Positions 37,877 to 60,225 of a stretch of DNA of 64,000 nt are shown piece by piece. The notes beneath the pieces are model-generated. The model was not told where the DNA came from, searched no databases, and saw only the letters and a program-made list of their open reading frames with translations. Position numbers and translations under genes: made by a program. Source of the stretch: the human T2T-CHM13v2.0 reference genome, Homo sapiens. Position 1 is the stretch's first letter. The number at the start of each line of letters is the position of its first letter. The stretch is taken from assembly GCF_009914755.1 (NCBI RefSeq), contig NC_060931.1. One strand, 5' to 3'.

Positions 37877-38863
37877 ATTGATGGGAATGTATGAGCAGAG
37901 GAGATAATACATATGAGAGGCCCAAAGGTCAAAGAGGAAACCAGAGTTCAAAATGTGGTTTTGCAAGCTCTGCTTCAACGGAATTGTTTTTTTGACAAGC
38001 CTATATTTATTTTTTTTACCATCACAGAGGGCAATTTCCTGCACTATGGTTATTATGCTTTTAAATTCTCTAAGAATTCTCCTGTCCATCAGTGATCTAC
38101 CAGTGCATTCACAGTGAGAGCTGAACTCTTCCCTTTATGCTGTGGGGGACCTGTGTGATCTGACTGCTCTTCCATTGCTTTGAGGGATCTGGATAAATTT
38201 GTGCACATGTTTGGAGACTTCTATGTTAGGCTATTTTTAAAGATCTGTTTGTGCCTTATGTCAGACGTCTGTGATGGGAGTAGTGGAGACATTGGGATTT
38301 TGTTCAGAAATTCCAGACATACCAGGTACAGATGTCATATGTTTTCTGCTTTATAATTTCCAGTCCCATGGAGGTTTCATACATGACCCTACAGAAAATG
38401 AGACTGAGAAATTCCATCAGAGCACAAAGCATCTCATTAAATATGAAAAATATCTGTTTAAGATTTTCTTTTTATTAGTAGGAGCTAAGTTTAGAAATCT
38501 AAACTCTATGTCAAATTCCTCTACTGTAGAATAGTTGATTGTATCTACTCACCTCATAAAAATTTTAAAAACACTAATACCGTAGGGAAACTTAGAGCAT
38601 TGCCTAGCATGTAGCAAATTTTAAATTGTTACCTACTTCTTAATAACTATCATCTTAGAATCCTCCAGTATAGAAATTACCAGGACTGTATCCCATGTGT
38701 TTTCACTTTCTGATTGATCACATGTCAAATTTGCCTGTAATTTTAGTTTCAAAGTTCTGAAATAACATGCTTGATTTTATTATATAAAAAGAAAATTAGA
38801 TAATTAGTGGGCACTCCACTTTTATTAAAATGTTTGGTTTCTATGTTTAAGATTACTCTTTGT

Positions 38864-39263
38864 AAAAAGTTATCATTAGCTAGGCTTACGCCTCCTTGGT
38901 TCAAGTGTTTCTCCTGTCTCAGCCTCCTGAGTAGCTGGGACTTCAGGCACCCACCATCATGCCCAGCTAATTTTTGTATTTTTGTAGAGACAGGATTTCA
39001 CCATGTCGGCCAGGCTGGTCTCAAACTCCTGAACTCAGGTGATCTGACTACCTAAGCCTCCCAAAGTGTTGGGATTACTGGCGTTAGCTTCACTAATGAG
39101 AATGCGGTGGCTTATGCCTATAAGCTACTTGGGAGGCTGAGGCAGGAGAATCGCTTGAGCCCAGGAGGCAGAGGCTGCAGTGAGCTGAGCTTGTGCTACT
39201 GCACGCCAGCCTGGGTGAGAGAGCAAGATTCTGTCTCAAAAAAAACAAAAAGTTATCATTAGC
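38864..39263. mobile_element. Composite Alu insertion (antisense fragment plus sense monomer) inside one 17-bp TSD
   Basis: aaaaagttatcattagc at 38864-38880 and 39247-39263. Confidence 0.85.
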
Positions 39264-39664
39264 ATTTTCTTTGATTTTTCTTAACATTTATCTTAATGAT
39301 AGGATAATTTGTCCCTAACTGTTCACTTTATACATCAGTATTTACCATTATATTTAGCATTTATAAATATATTTTAAGCATTATATTTAGAAATTTAATG
39401 TTTTTCTTTGCTTCTAAATGCCAGATTATAGCTTTTACATTTTGTATATGAAGAGCAGCAATATACTAATAACATAATACAGAAGTTTCTCAGAAGCGTT
39501 TCTCATAATACAGCAATATATTAATAACAATACAATATATTAATAGCACAGAAGGAATAAGAAAATGCTTATTTCTTATAATTTTCTCATCAAAGCTTTT
39601 AATAATTATGCATTTTCTGTAAAATTTATTGCTCTCACTTTATACTCATGATTAAAAATTTATG

Positions 39665-40215
39665 CTGTTCAATAGCAAAGATACAGAATCAACCTAGGTG
39701 CCCATAAATGGTGGATTGCATAAGGAAAATGTGGTCCATGTGTACCATGGAATACTATGCAGCCATAAAAAAAGAATGAAATTGACCAGGCACAGTGACT
39801 CACACCTGTAATCCCAGCACTTTGGGAGGCTGAGGCAGTTGGATTGCTTGAGCCCAGCAGTTTGAGGCAAACCTGGACAATGTATCAAAACCCTGTCTCT
39901 ACTAAATGCAAAAATTAGTGATATATATTAGTGGGTGCTTGTAGTCCCAGCTACTCAGGAGGCTGAGGTAGGAGGATTGCTTGAACCCGGGAGGTCAAGG
40001 CTGCAATAAGGTATGATTGTGCCACATAAAGATGGAAACAGCAGACACTGGAGACCACTGGGTCGGGGAGGGAGTGGGCCAAGGGTTGAGAAACTACCTG
40101 TTGGGCACTATGCTCACTGCTTGGGTGATGGGATCAATCCTACCTTAAACCAACATCACGCAATACACCCATGTAACAAACCTGCACATGTAACCCTTGA
40201 ACCTACAAGTTGAAG
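39665..40215 (+). mobile_element. L1 3' end (L1PB/L1MA) with a truncated Alu (39784-40025)
   Basis: aatcaacctaggtgccca ... ggaatactatgcagccataaaaaaagaatgaaat ... catgtaacaaacctgcacatg. Confidence 0.8.
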
Positions 40216-40328
40216 TTTTAGTAAAATCAAATATTTTTTCTTTATGGATGCCCAGTCATAGTTGAAAATTGTAGGTATCTAGAAGGATTCAGTAGTGAAT
40301 TATGTTTATTCAAGACTTTTTGGGTTAA

Positions 40329-40493
<165 letters not shown>

Positions 40494-40815
40494 TAAATGC
40501 CACCATGCCTGGCTAATTTTTTTTTGTATTTTTAGTAGAGACAGGGTTTCACCATGTTAGCCAGGATGGGTTTTGCAATTTTATATGTCGACATCTCATG
40601 GTTTAGGATGGGCTACCTCATTTTAGTTAATTGTGTTTTTGTTTTATTTTATATATTATAATTCTTTATGACAATATTCAACTTCATACACTTTAAGCCA
40701 GTGTACAGCAAAAGTCAAGTATGAATCAGCCATACGTCTATTGCCACTATAATTATCTTCATGTTTGTTTGCCTGTATAAATATTACCAACATTTAAAAA
40801 ATAATTTGTGTATAA

Positions 40816-46090
<5,275 letters not shown>

Positions 46091-46172
46091 TGGTATAATT
46101 TTATATTTTGTATTTGTAAAGTATATTCACCTGAGTCTAATAAGTGGTATAATGTATTTTTATTTCTTTTAG

Positions 46173-47240
<1,068 letters not shown>

Positions 47241-48477
47241 GTGAATGCTGACATCACAATCTACAGCAGTGATTTCATACTAAATAAAAGTGGTATTAAT
47301 GTAATGACTGTTGAAGGATTGTTCACAAAATATAACCCTTAACGTGCACAAGATTATTTTAGTGAAGAAAAGCATTACAAATATAAAGGCAGAATACCTT
47401 ACTTATACCACAGATTTTATTGTACACTGAAAAATTTATACTGAAGGGAAACTTTCCAGGAATTCCTCAAACTTTATATTGGGGAGAAACCCTATGGATG
47501 TAATTATGTGGAAAAACTTTTGTTCCATACATATACCTTAGAGAACACTGGAGAGTTTCTACTAGAATTTATTATACAGATTTAGGAAATGTGAAAAAGT
47601 AAATTAGAAATCAAGCCAAAGTAAATGTCATAGATTGACAGTAGAAAGCACCAAGGCAGTAACAGTTTGAGACATTACTCTAATCAGTGATGATTATAGA
47701 GAATAATTTAAAATAGATTGCTTACTTGTGTGTAAGTTTAAATGGAGAAGGAGATTGATTTTCTCTTTTTTGGACAGTTATAATTACATTCAAATTATAC
47801 TTTTTGGAATTGAAATAATTATAGTTACTTTGAAAAGCAAATATTTATGTAAGTTAAACTCACAAATGTCTTGATGTTATATCATCATTTCTAGTGCTCA
47901 TGTGAAAGCACGTGGTTAATGGTTTCTGCATCAGAGCTCTGAGACATCTTTCTCTATTAAGTGGGCACCATTAATACACTTTTCCATGGAACACTAAGGA
48001 CACTTGAATGTAAGATGCATAAAGAAAATCTAAGTGGAGAGGCCCCTTATAACAATGTTGTAAGTGATTCATGAGGTAGGTGTTCAGGGTAACATGATTC
48101 AGCATTGTAGGAGAAGAGAAGCATTTTGAATCTTAGAAGTCAATTGTTTTACCAGTTACACATTAAAATAATAAAATGCAGTGGAGTTTAAAATGCTTTT
48201 TGAGATAATGTTTGAACTTAATTTATTTTAATGGAATAAAATTGTTTTTAGTATGTTAAGACTATTTTCCATTGAATGAAATGCATCTTACCACCAACAT
48301 TAACCTATCCCACCTTACCCCATGTTGTAGGTAACTGATGGTCACAATATACTATTGGATAGCATAGTAGAGGATAACGTAGTACAATGACATCTTTTGT
48401 AATCCCTTTTCCCAGTGGAATATTGTTACCAGAGGTAATACATTTATTTTTTCTTCTTTTTGTAACTATAGGATCAT

Positions 48478-48576
48478 TATGGTTATAATAAAGATTACAT
48501 AAGACTATAATAAAATACATTCACATATGGTTATAATAAAGATTACATAAGACTATAATAAAATATATTCACATAT
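48478..48576 (+). repeat. 48-bp tandem duplication containing the likely ZNF poly(A) signals
   Basis: tatggttataataaagattacataagactataataaaata(c/t)attcaca x2. Confidence 0.93.
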
Positions 48577-50395
48577 TTCTGAATTCTGAATGACTATTTT
48601 AAAATTTTATTCTATATTTATCTGAATGTGCCCACTCTAGTCTGCAAAACACAGATTTTTAGTTTTGATTTACATGGGTTTACATATACAAATATATCAC
48701 ATTATCGATAAACTTCAGGTGTAAGAGATTTGTGGTGAATTTAACTATGTTTGTGTGAGTGTGTACCTATTTTGAGAAGAAAAGACAAACATTAGATCAA
48801 TACAGATAATTTTTAAAAGTGATGATATTTACTAGGCAGATCAAAACCTCAAAGATTCTGAAAGCAAATCTATTTTCTCTGCTTTGTATTGAATTCATTT
48901 ATCTAAAATCTTATGGCCCGTTGGCTCAGAATCTCCATGGAAATCCTCTGTTTTTTTCTTGCCTGTTTCTTATGCTGGACCTGCTATATAATTTTTTCAT
49001 TCCAAGGTTCGTGAAGTATTCTTTATATGATGTCCTCTGGGATTATAAGAATTTTATGAAATTTTATTATTGGATAATTTTATTTTTGGATTATAATCTG
49101 GGATTATATAAATTTTATGAAATTTAATCATGCTCAGAAAATAACTTTTAGATGTTAGTGTTTCTACAGCGAGTGTTTTAAGTTACATTCCATCCTTTTT
49201 CTTTTAATTGGAGAACTCCATTTAAGCCACTTTTTCTTTCATGATTGTTCTTTTTGTAATGGACATAATCAAGTTTACTGAGCCAATTTGTTTATGTAAA
49301 CAGTGGAAGGCTTCATACATCATGAGGCTGTTTTGGCACAGAAATGAACACACACAGAGCAGTGCTCGCTGTGTAATAGAAGCTCCATAATTAGCAGTAA
49401 AAATGCAGAGGCCCAGGCACTGTCATCTTTGTTCACTGAATTATGCCAAGCATCTAGAAAACTGATGTACACATTGTACCGAAAATATATGTATTGAATA
49501 AACAAACCTCAACAAGAACCTCCTCAGATATCTGAGTTGGGTAGGGACTCCTCTTTCAGCATCCTAGGAAGTTTATTCATTCTCTGTCAAGGACAAAATC
49601 CAGCTAGAAGAAATCTCAAATGTGGTTTACCAATGCAAACACAGCTTTGCTTTCTAGGTGCTGTTTCAAATGTAGAGGGACACAGGCCAATGAGGCAGGA
49701 GAACTTCTTGGGCAAAAAGACAGAAACAATATATATAAGCAACCAGAGCATCCTAAGCAGCCAGGCACTCAGCATCTGCTTGCTGTGTCTTATGCCATTT
49801 AGTCCCTACAAGAACTCTATGAGGTTCATCTTCTCACTTTTCAGAGGCATAGACAGGCACAGAGAGCTGCAATGATATCCTTAGTACCCACCTGGTAGCT
49901 TGCAGAGTCACCACTGTGTCTTGGAGGAGACAGACACCTACTGAATAGCTTACCCAGGAACTGTGGATTGGTGGTGAAGTCCTGGTAGGAGCCTAGGAGT
50001 GTGGTAAAGGAGAAGATGGCTCAACCTGGAAGTCTAGTACCAGAAGCTCATTCAGCTTCTCTCTTGTACCTGGCTGGGAGTGTCGGCATTATTCTCATCT
50101 CAAGGTTTAGGGTAGACTTATTTTCATATGCAGGGGAACAAGAAGAGACATATGGTCAATGGCAGCACTGTGCACCACTGGCAGATTGGGGGCTGGGGCT
50201 TATACCAGGAAGCTCCTATTTTTCAGAGACTTGTGCATGTGGAGGACACAGTACAGTGTCCATGGTGAAGAAGGTTCTAGGCTTCAAAAGTTTTATATGG
50301 GCCAGGCGCAGTAGCTCATGCCTGTAATTCCGGCACTTTGGGAGGCCAAGGTGAGTGGGTCACCTGAGGTCAGGAGATCAAGACCAGCCTGGTCA

Positions 50396-50608
<213 letters not shown>

Positions 50609-51113
50609 TTATGTGGGGGTGGAGAATAATTAAGCCATTAACACCTTCAAGGCATCTTCATGATACTTTGTCATCTGTGGAGCAACAGCACCCACCTACA
50701 TTAATAGCCTATATGAAGAGAATTATCCCAGTGAGTCCTCAAAAAATGTCCTTCTTGTAGAGTTGGGAAAGCACAGGCTTTGCAATGTCAGATGTCTGCT
50801 CAACAGCACATGGGTCGAAACTGAGAACTATAAACAGCAAGGGCTGCAAGAAATGTCCTTCAATTAGAGACAATGCACATGGCAAGACAGCCTAGGAATA
50901 CCTTTTTGACTTTAAGCAACACAATTTTTTAACATTAGAAGGAACCTAGTCAAACAGCTACAATTCTAGACATGACAAGGGGGCAAATGCTGGGAGAGTC
51001 CAGGATGGGAGAAAGCCCATTTAAAGGGCCAAGAATCTGAGCAGATGATTCAGGGAAAACACATATGTATTAAGCAATTGAAAGATGACTTGAGGGCCAG
51101 GCACAGTGGCTCA

Positions 51114-51377
<264 letters not shown>

Positions 51378-51677
51378 TCAAAAAAGAAAAGAAAGAAAGA
51401 TGACTCAAATTTCAATCAGGAAGCGAAATCAACATGAATCAACATGATTTTATTTGCTACATGGATACCAGATCGGCAAAAAATTAAAAGAAAGTTAACA
51501 TCCAGGAAAATCTGAATTCAGGGAAGCAGCTATATTCAGAAATTGCTGGTGGCAATGTACCTTCCAAAGCCCTTTTGGAAAGTGATCGGTCTTTAGCTAT
51601 TAAAATTTTACATATGCATATCCTTCTACCGAGTAATCTCCTGGGAGTTTGTCATCTACAAGGGAATAATATATCCA

Positions 51678-52012
51678 ATGGGCTGAGTGGTGTCCCCTCC
51701 CCAAAGTTCATGTTCTAACACTCAGTGCCTCAGAATGTGACTGTATTTGGACATATGGTCTCCAAAGAGGTTATAAGTTTTGGGTTCATTGGAGTGGACC
51801 CAAATCCAATGACTGGAGTCCTTATTAGAAGAGGCATTAAGGATGCAGAGATAGAAGTTCAGCCATCTACAAGCCAAGGAGAGAGTTCTCAGAGAAACCA
51901 TCTCAGCTAACAGCTTGTTGTTGGATTGCTAGCCTCCAGAATTGTGGGAAACTAAGTTTCTGCTGTTAAAGTCCTTCACTATGCAGTGCTGTGTATGGAT
52001 GCTCTAGCAGAC
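51678..52012 (+). mobile_element. MaLR LTR (MLT1 family)
   Basis: cctcagaatgtgactgtatttgga ... ccaaatccaatgactggagtccttattagaagagg ... gcctccagaattgtggg. Confidence 0.75.
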
Positions 52013-53231
52013 ACTTACAGATTAGGGCACACATAGGATGTTTCCTTAGAAGTGGCTGACATGGAAATAGAAGATGATCATGTCCAGGCTCCACCTGCAT
52101 TGCAAGACTGAACTGCTGAAGAAAATGGTCTCCTTTATGGAATATAATGAAGCCATGTGAGGTTGCAGCTCCAGCCCTGATGGGGCTACAGGAATGAGTT
52201 CTGTGGGATAACCAATATATAGAGCAGCTTAACCATCCTCCCTCCCGCTTTTAGCTACCTTTTTGTGTAAAAACCTCCCTAGTAAGAGTGTGGGCTTTTA
52301 AATCTTAAAGGTGTGGCAGGGCAGTGGGGTTGCCTGCTACAGGAAATACATGGGGTGGGTGTTTAAAACAATATAAATAGGCTGGGCATTGTGGCTCATG
52401 CCTGTAATCCTAGCACTTTGGGAGGCTGAGGCAAGCGGATCACCTGAGGTTAGGAGTTCAAGACCAACCTGGCTAACATGGTGAAACCATGTTTCTACTA
52501 AAAATACAAAAATTAGCCAGGTGTGGTGGCATGTGCCTGGAATCTCAGCTACCTGGGAGGCTGAGGCAGTAGAATCGCTGGAACCCAGGAGGCAGAGGTT
52601 GCAGTGAGCTGCAGTTGGGCCACTGTGCTCCAGCCTAGGTGACAGACTGAGACTCTGTCTCACAAAAAAAAAAAAGCCAATATAAATAGTAGCAACATGC
52701 AAAGATACTCGTGGCCTAATGTAAACAATAAAAAACGATGTTCTCTCCTCTTTCTACAACTATGTGAGCAAGAACTTAGAATCAAATCAAGTTTCTGTTG
52801 GTGATGAATGGAGGTCCAGTTCTTTCGGGAGGGGACCGTGGGTCACTTAGGTGTGAAAGCCCTTCGACAGGGGCAATGGAGCCTCCATATTTGAGTCTGG
52901 GCCCTGGTCCTGCCTTGATCTTTTTGGATTCCTGTCTGAGGTGACCCCTGTGTTCCTACTGTCACCCCAGACCAGCGCTGGCCATGGTTGGTGGTGTGGT
53001 GCTCCTGCCCTTTGTCCAAGGAGATGGAGTGGTTGAACCTATCACTCATTTCTACCGATCTTCATGAAGCTCTGCAAGGAGAGCGCCCAGCAGCTGGGCC
53101 AAGAGGTGTCAGTGAACTGCCTGGCTATCTCTGCAGGGGGAAAGCCCAGTTAGAAATTCTGTTCCCCGGCCGAGCACGGTGGCTCATTGCCTGTAATCCC
53201 AGCACTTTGGGAGGCCAAGGTGGGCAGATCA

Positions 53232-53447
<216 letters not shown>

Positions 53448-54835
53448 TCAAAAAAAACAACAACCAAAAAACAAAAAAAAAATGAAATTCTGTTCCCCAG
53501 ATCAGGCACATATAAGCATCTGCATAGACTTCCAGCCAGAGAGAAAACAAGGTTACAATGTGAAGTCTTGGGATTAACATCTGAGTAGGCAAACTTGTTC
53601 CCCAACACTCACTTCTTACCCTGCCAGCCATGACCTGGGATATGATCTTGGCAGACCCATCAGGCTTCCAACAACTGACAACCTGCTCCTGTCCAGGGAG
53701 GACACCCTCAACTCTTGCTTCCCGGACACACAGTGATGGGCAGGGATGTGGGGTTGCCCAGATGGGATCACAGGCGAGGTCTGGCCTGGAAGGGTCTGCC
53801 GTGAGGTGCCCTGTGTTACCTATGTGTGTCCCCTGCCAAGTGACCTGAGGATTTGTGGATGAGAGCTGAGCCAACATCTGCATCATTAGAAGATGCCCTC
53901 ACTTCAAGCCTTCCACAGATGAGAGCCTCAGGAAGTCAGGATAGAGCAGTAGAACATCTTGCTCTTGAGCATCTCCATGAAATTAGCTTGATACAGGGCT
54001 GTGTCTAGAATAAGGGTTTCTGGTTACCAGAGTTTGAAGTTCTGGTGGATCTGTCACCAAGGACATGAGGTTACTTGAAGGTTCCCTCACCTGGGCCCCT
54101 TCTTTCAGTGCGAGCTGCCCACAGGCCCTGCTGGGGTCCTGACGGCTCACCCTCCTTCCCCGTGTCAACTTCTAGAACTGCCTTAATTGCAAATGACATC
54201 ATTCTTTATATAAAAGTGTGTAAGAGTTTCACTAAAATACCACTAGAATTAATAAGTTGATCAGTGTCACAAGATACAAGATACACATACAAATTTATAC
54301 TTAAAGCAACCAAAAATGAGAATAAAATGTATACATTTGATTTATAATAGCTTCAAAAATATTTATAAAAAGTAATAGAAGTGCAAAGATTTTACACTTA
54401 ATTTTTTTTTTTCTAGACAAGGTCTTGCTCTGTCACTCAGGCTGGAGCGCTGTGGTGTGATCGCAGCTCACTGCAGCCTTGACCTCCTGGGCTCAATTGA
54501 TCCACCAGCCTCAGCCTTCTCAGTAGCTGGGACTATAGGTGTGTGCTACCATGCCTGACTAATTTTTGAATTTCTTGTAGAGACGGGGTTTCTCCATGTT
54601 GCCCAGGCTGGTCTCCAACTGGGCTCAAGCAATCTGCCTGCTTCTGTCCACTAAAGTGTTGGGATTCCAGGCGGGAGCCACCGTGCCTGGTCTACGCTTA
54701 ATTTTTATTAATACTGAAAGAAATCAAGATCTGAAATAATTGAAAAATGTCTAATTTTCAAGGATAAAAATACTTAATATTTCCAAGATAACAATATCCC
54801 ACAAATAGACCGAGAAATTCAATATAATCCCTTCA

Positions 54836-55770
<935 letters not shown>

Positions 55771-57389
55771 GATGTAGTCCTCATTAAAGAATGGGCTGGG
55801 AGGCCTGGTGTGGTGGCTCATGCCTGTAATCCGAACACTTTGGGAGGCTGAGGTGGTTGGATCACGAGGTCAGGAGTTCGAGACCAGCCTGGCCAACATG
55901 GTGAAACCCCGTCTCTACTAAAAATACAAAAATTAGCCAATTAGCCGGGCGTGATGATGGGTGCCTGTAATCCCAGCTACTCGGGAGGTTGTGGCAGGAT
56001 AATTGCTTGAACCCAGAAGATGAAGGTTGCAGCGAGCCAAGACCACTGCATTCCAGCCTGGGTGACAAAGTGAGACTCCATCTCAAAAAAAAAAAAAAAA
56101 AAAAAAGAGAATGGCCTAGGGAAAACAGGACCCTACCGATGAGATCCTGGGATGCCTCCAAGCGCCTGTGTGAGGCTCTGTCACCCGCTGCCTGATGCCT
56201 GCAGGCTGCCCTGTGAGTGCCAAGATGCTATGAAAGCTCCAGCAGGATAGAGGAGGCTGTTGGGGGGTTTAAAATTGCCAAGGAACCAAGAGCTTGGCAG
56301 GCAGGGAGGGGTTAGGCTGGCCTCTGCCACAGGCACTCCCCCTGGGAACAAAGGCTCTGCTGGGGGTCGAGAGCAAGGTCCCCGAGTCAGAGGAGAAGGA
56401 ATGCACCTAGAGGAAGGCCTGCCCACTCTGTTAGTTGCCCCTGTGGAGGTTAAATGGAAGAAAGGCTCTCTGGAGAGGTGTCAGGGGAGCCTGCAGCCTC
56501 AGGCCTGCTTCTGAGGGTGGCTTTGGATGGTAGGGGCTCTGGGTCCCATTTTCTGTGGCAGGCAGAGGAAAAGGAAAGAGAAGCTGCACCACCTGCCCCA
56601 CACTCACCTCAAACTCACTGGGGCTCTAGGTGATCTGTGGCCGTAGCTGGACCAGGCTAGGTCTTGAGGGGCAGGGCTGAGGGGTGCCGCAGCAGTGGCT
56701 GTTTTCATGTAGACAGCAGGCCCAGCTGATACTTGGACCTGTACAGGCCAGGAGTGGAATTTTGGGGGCCAGGAACGGAGTGTGGGTGCCAGTGTGAGGA
56801 GCAGGCTGGTCCCACCACCTCTTCCCTCTCCCAGGAGGGGAGCTAGCACCACAGCCCCTACCATGACAGGAAGGCCAATGTTCCCCTCAGTGTTGGGCCA
56901 TTGAAGGGGACCAGAGGACACATGTGGCTAGAATGAGTCACTGGTCCCTTCAGAGCAAGCAATGAGTTTTGGCTCTGAGGGGTCTACATCTTATCAATCC
57001 CCCAGCACATGCTGGGGACAAATACTCTCCTGGGAACTGTCCTTGAGGCAACCTTAGACAAGTTCTGTCTCTAGGTGAGGGTCGCAAAAGCCATGCTCTG
57101 AGGGGAAGCCAATTGGAAGCCGGTGACATTAACCCACACAAAGGACTGGTGTGCATCAAACAATGTCATCTCCCAGGAGGACACAGGACATCATAGCTTT
57201 TTTTCTTTGGACAGAATCGTGCTCTGTTGCCCAGGCTGGAGGGTAGCGGCGCAATCTTGGCTCACTGCAACCTCCACCTCTCAGGTTCAAGAGATTCTCT
57301 TGCCTCAGACTCCTGAGTAGCTGGGATTACAGGCATGCACCATGATGCCGGCTAATTTTTGTATCTTTAGTAGAGATGGGGTTTTTCAC

Positions 57390-57992
<603 letters not shown>

Positions 57993-58014
57993 CCTTGTTT
58001 TATGAAAGGGCTGT

Positions 58015-58466
58015 ATCTGCGAAGGGATGCCCAACACAGAAGGAGTCAAGAAACCAAAGAATGAGACAGACAAATCCAGTTTGTCAGTAAAAGATAATTT
58101 ATTGGGGGGAATTTGTGGACAGAAGTATGGTCTTGAGTGGTAGCAAGACAGGTAGTTCCCCAGGCTGTTACCCCCAAGATTTAGGGCTTATTAGTATAGG
58201 AAAAGGGCAAATATGCTGTGTAAGGAATGTGCAGGACAGTTAAGGTCAGCCTTCCAGAAAGAGAATGAGGTGGACGTCATAGCCTGTAATTTGTATGATG
58301 ACATCTAGGTAGCTTTGACCTAAGGAGAAGATTTGCAGTAAGTATGTGCTCTTACACAAGAAACAGTAGATCAAGTAGAAATCTTAAGGGCATTCCCAGA
58401 ACTGGGGTTAATTCAAAGTCAACATGGTGGATTCGCATCCAAGATGGAGCTGCTTTAGCCTCCACA
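58015..58466 (-). mobile_element. Solo LTR (LTR47-like)
   Basis: Minus strand starts TGTGGAGGCTAAAGCAGCTCCATCTTGGATGC; aataaa on minus at ~58097-58102. Confidence 0.7.
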
Positions 58467-60034
58467 GAGCTCCTTCCCCAGACCCGTGGAGCCCTTAGGG
58501 TTTAGAGGACCAGCGTAGAAATTCTCATCCAGGCAGTTTCTTCCTTTTGGTTCTCAAAAGGAATTGAATGTACACATCTGCTTATTATTCTCAAATAATT
58601 TCTTCTTTCACCTTATTATTTCTCAAATCTTTCCTTCTTTTCCCTCTCCACAGAAAAAGTTCCAGAAAATTTAAAAATCTTTTCAGAAAAGACAGTACAC
58701 TGAGCAGGATTTGCATATCAAGGAAAAGTGGAGACGGGAGATGGGAGTCAAGTGTTTTGGGGGGTAGAGAAAAAGATTAGGCTGGAAAGGGTACTGGGCC
58801 AGGTGTAGGGGTGTGCACACGTGTGTGTGTGTGTGGTGTGTGCAACTTTCTCACTGAAGGTTTACTTGAAAAACTCCAGCCCTGTCTAGCCTGTATTAAC
58901 GGAAAGAAGTGTGTTTGCCCATGGGCAGGTGGGGGTTTGGGGGCAGGAGACTCCAGTAATGGGATGTGGTGATGTCAGCTGGGCTGTTGGGCAGGTAGGA
59001 TGAGCTGCAGAAGGAGCAGGGCTCTGGTTCCCATGCTCGTCCATCCTGCTGGCATGGAGCCACCTCCAGGCTGTGGGGTGGGTGTGGTAGGTGGGGCTTC
59101 CTTCCTTCCCCAAACTAGCCCAGCAATTCCCCAGGAAGCCAGACCTCTGCTACCGCTTCTTTCTGCACCTCTACAGGGAGAGTCTTCCTGTCTGCACCAA
59201 GGATGGGGACAGCAGAGGAATCTCACAGGCCAGGTGGGTCTCAATGGGTAAACGGGGGGTGAACATATATGTGTTTGCTGTGGCTCCCCACTCTGTCATT
59301 TGCAGACACTGCTAATCAGTCAGTCACAGGATTCTCACCCCAGTGCCCAGTGAGCACTACCAAAAGCTCCAGATGGTTTATAAGTATCTGGAGACTCTTG
59401 CATTCCCTGTGGATCTTTCCTGACCAGATCTCAGAATCTTCTCTGGAAATGAGGAAGCGGCGTGTCACCACCCAGCCTTAGGAAGACCCTGCCCTGTCAG
59501 TCAGAGATGGCATCTTGGGTGACCACTCGCTGAGTGGAGGAAGATAGGGTTCTGTGCAGGGAACTCCCTTGGTGGATCATGGGGTAAGTGATGCCTGTGG
59601 TCTGACATAAAGCCTGGTGTGTGGAGCAGAGATTCCAGTGGGGCTGGGACAAGCAGGTGCTGCTCAAGCAGGCCTCCAGATACACCTTGTCCCCCTCCCA
59701 CCATAGCTGAGCCTGGATGGGAATGTGGACACCCCATAGACTCCAGAGGATGGGACCCTGGTCAGTGGTGGTCCTGGGGTGTGGGGTGAAGGCAGCTTGG
59801 ACAGGGCCTCCAGGTGTGGGAGGAGCCAGCCTCTCCTGTGAGGCCCTGGGCACGTCGCTGCCTTCTTTGGGTCTCTGTTTCCTCATCTGGCAAATGATGA
59901 GCCGGTTGTGCAGGCCCGACAGGGTCATGATGGGGTTTGGGGAGGAAGGGAATTTGAGGGTGCTTGTGCCTGGCTTTTCCCACAAAGGATGATGGTGAAA
60001 GCAATGCTGAGAGCCACATGAAACCGAGTCCTCA

Positions 60035-60225
60035 GGAGGCCCTGTGAGGATGGCGTGGTTCCCATCACACTTCCCTTTTGAGAAAACAGTGTCAGGGAGG
60101 CCCTGTGAGGATGGTGTGGTTCCCATCACACTTCCCTTTTGAGAAAACAGTGTCAGGGAGGCCCTGTGAGGATGGTGTGGTTCCCATCACACTTCCCTTT
60201 TGAGAAAACAGTGTCAGGGAGGCCC
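60035..60225 (+). repeat. 61-bp tandem repeat, ~3.1 copies
   Basis: ggaggccctgtgaggatgg(c/t)gtggttcccatcacacttcccttttgagaaaacagtgtcag starting at 60035, 60096, 60157, partial at 60218. Confidence 0.96.

Noticed and set aside
59497-60129. 210-aa minus-strand ORF with a TGPPED motif reminiscent of DRICH1, an RGL4 neighbour
   Set aside because: The match is six residues inside MIR-like/minisatellite sequence with no splice context; treated as chance.
60035-60225. Regularly spaced repeats as a CRISPR-like array
   Set aside because: Head-to-tail units with no unique spacers, in primate DNA.
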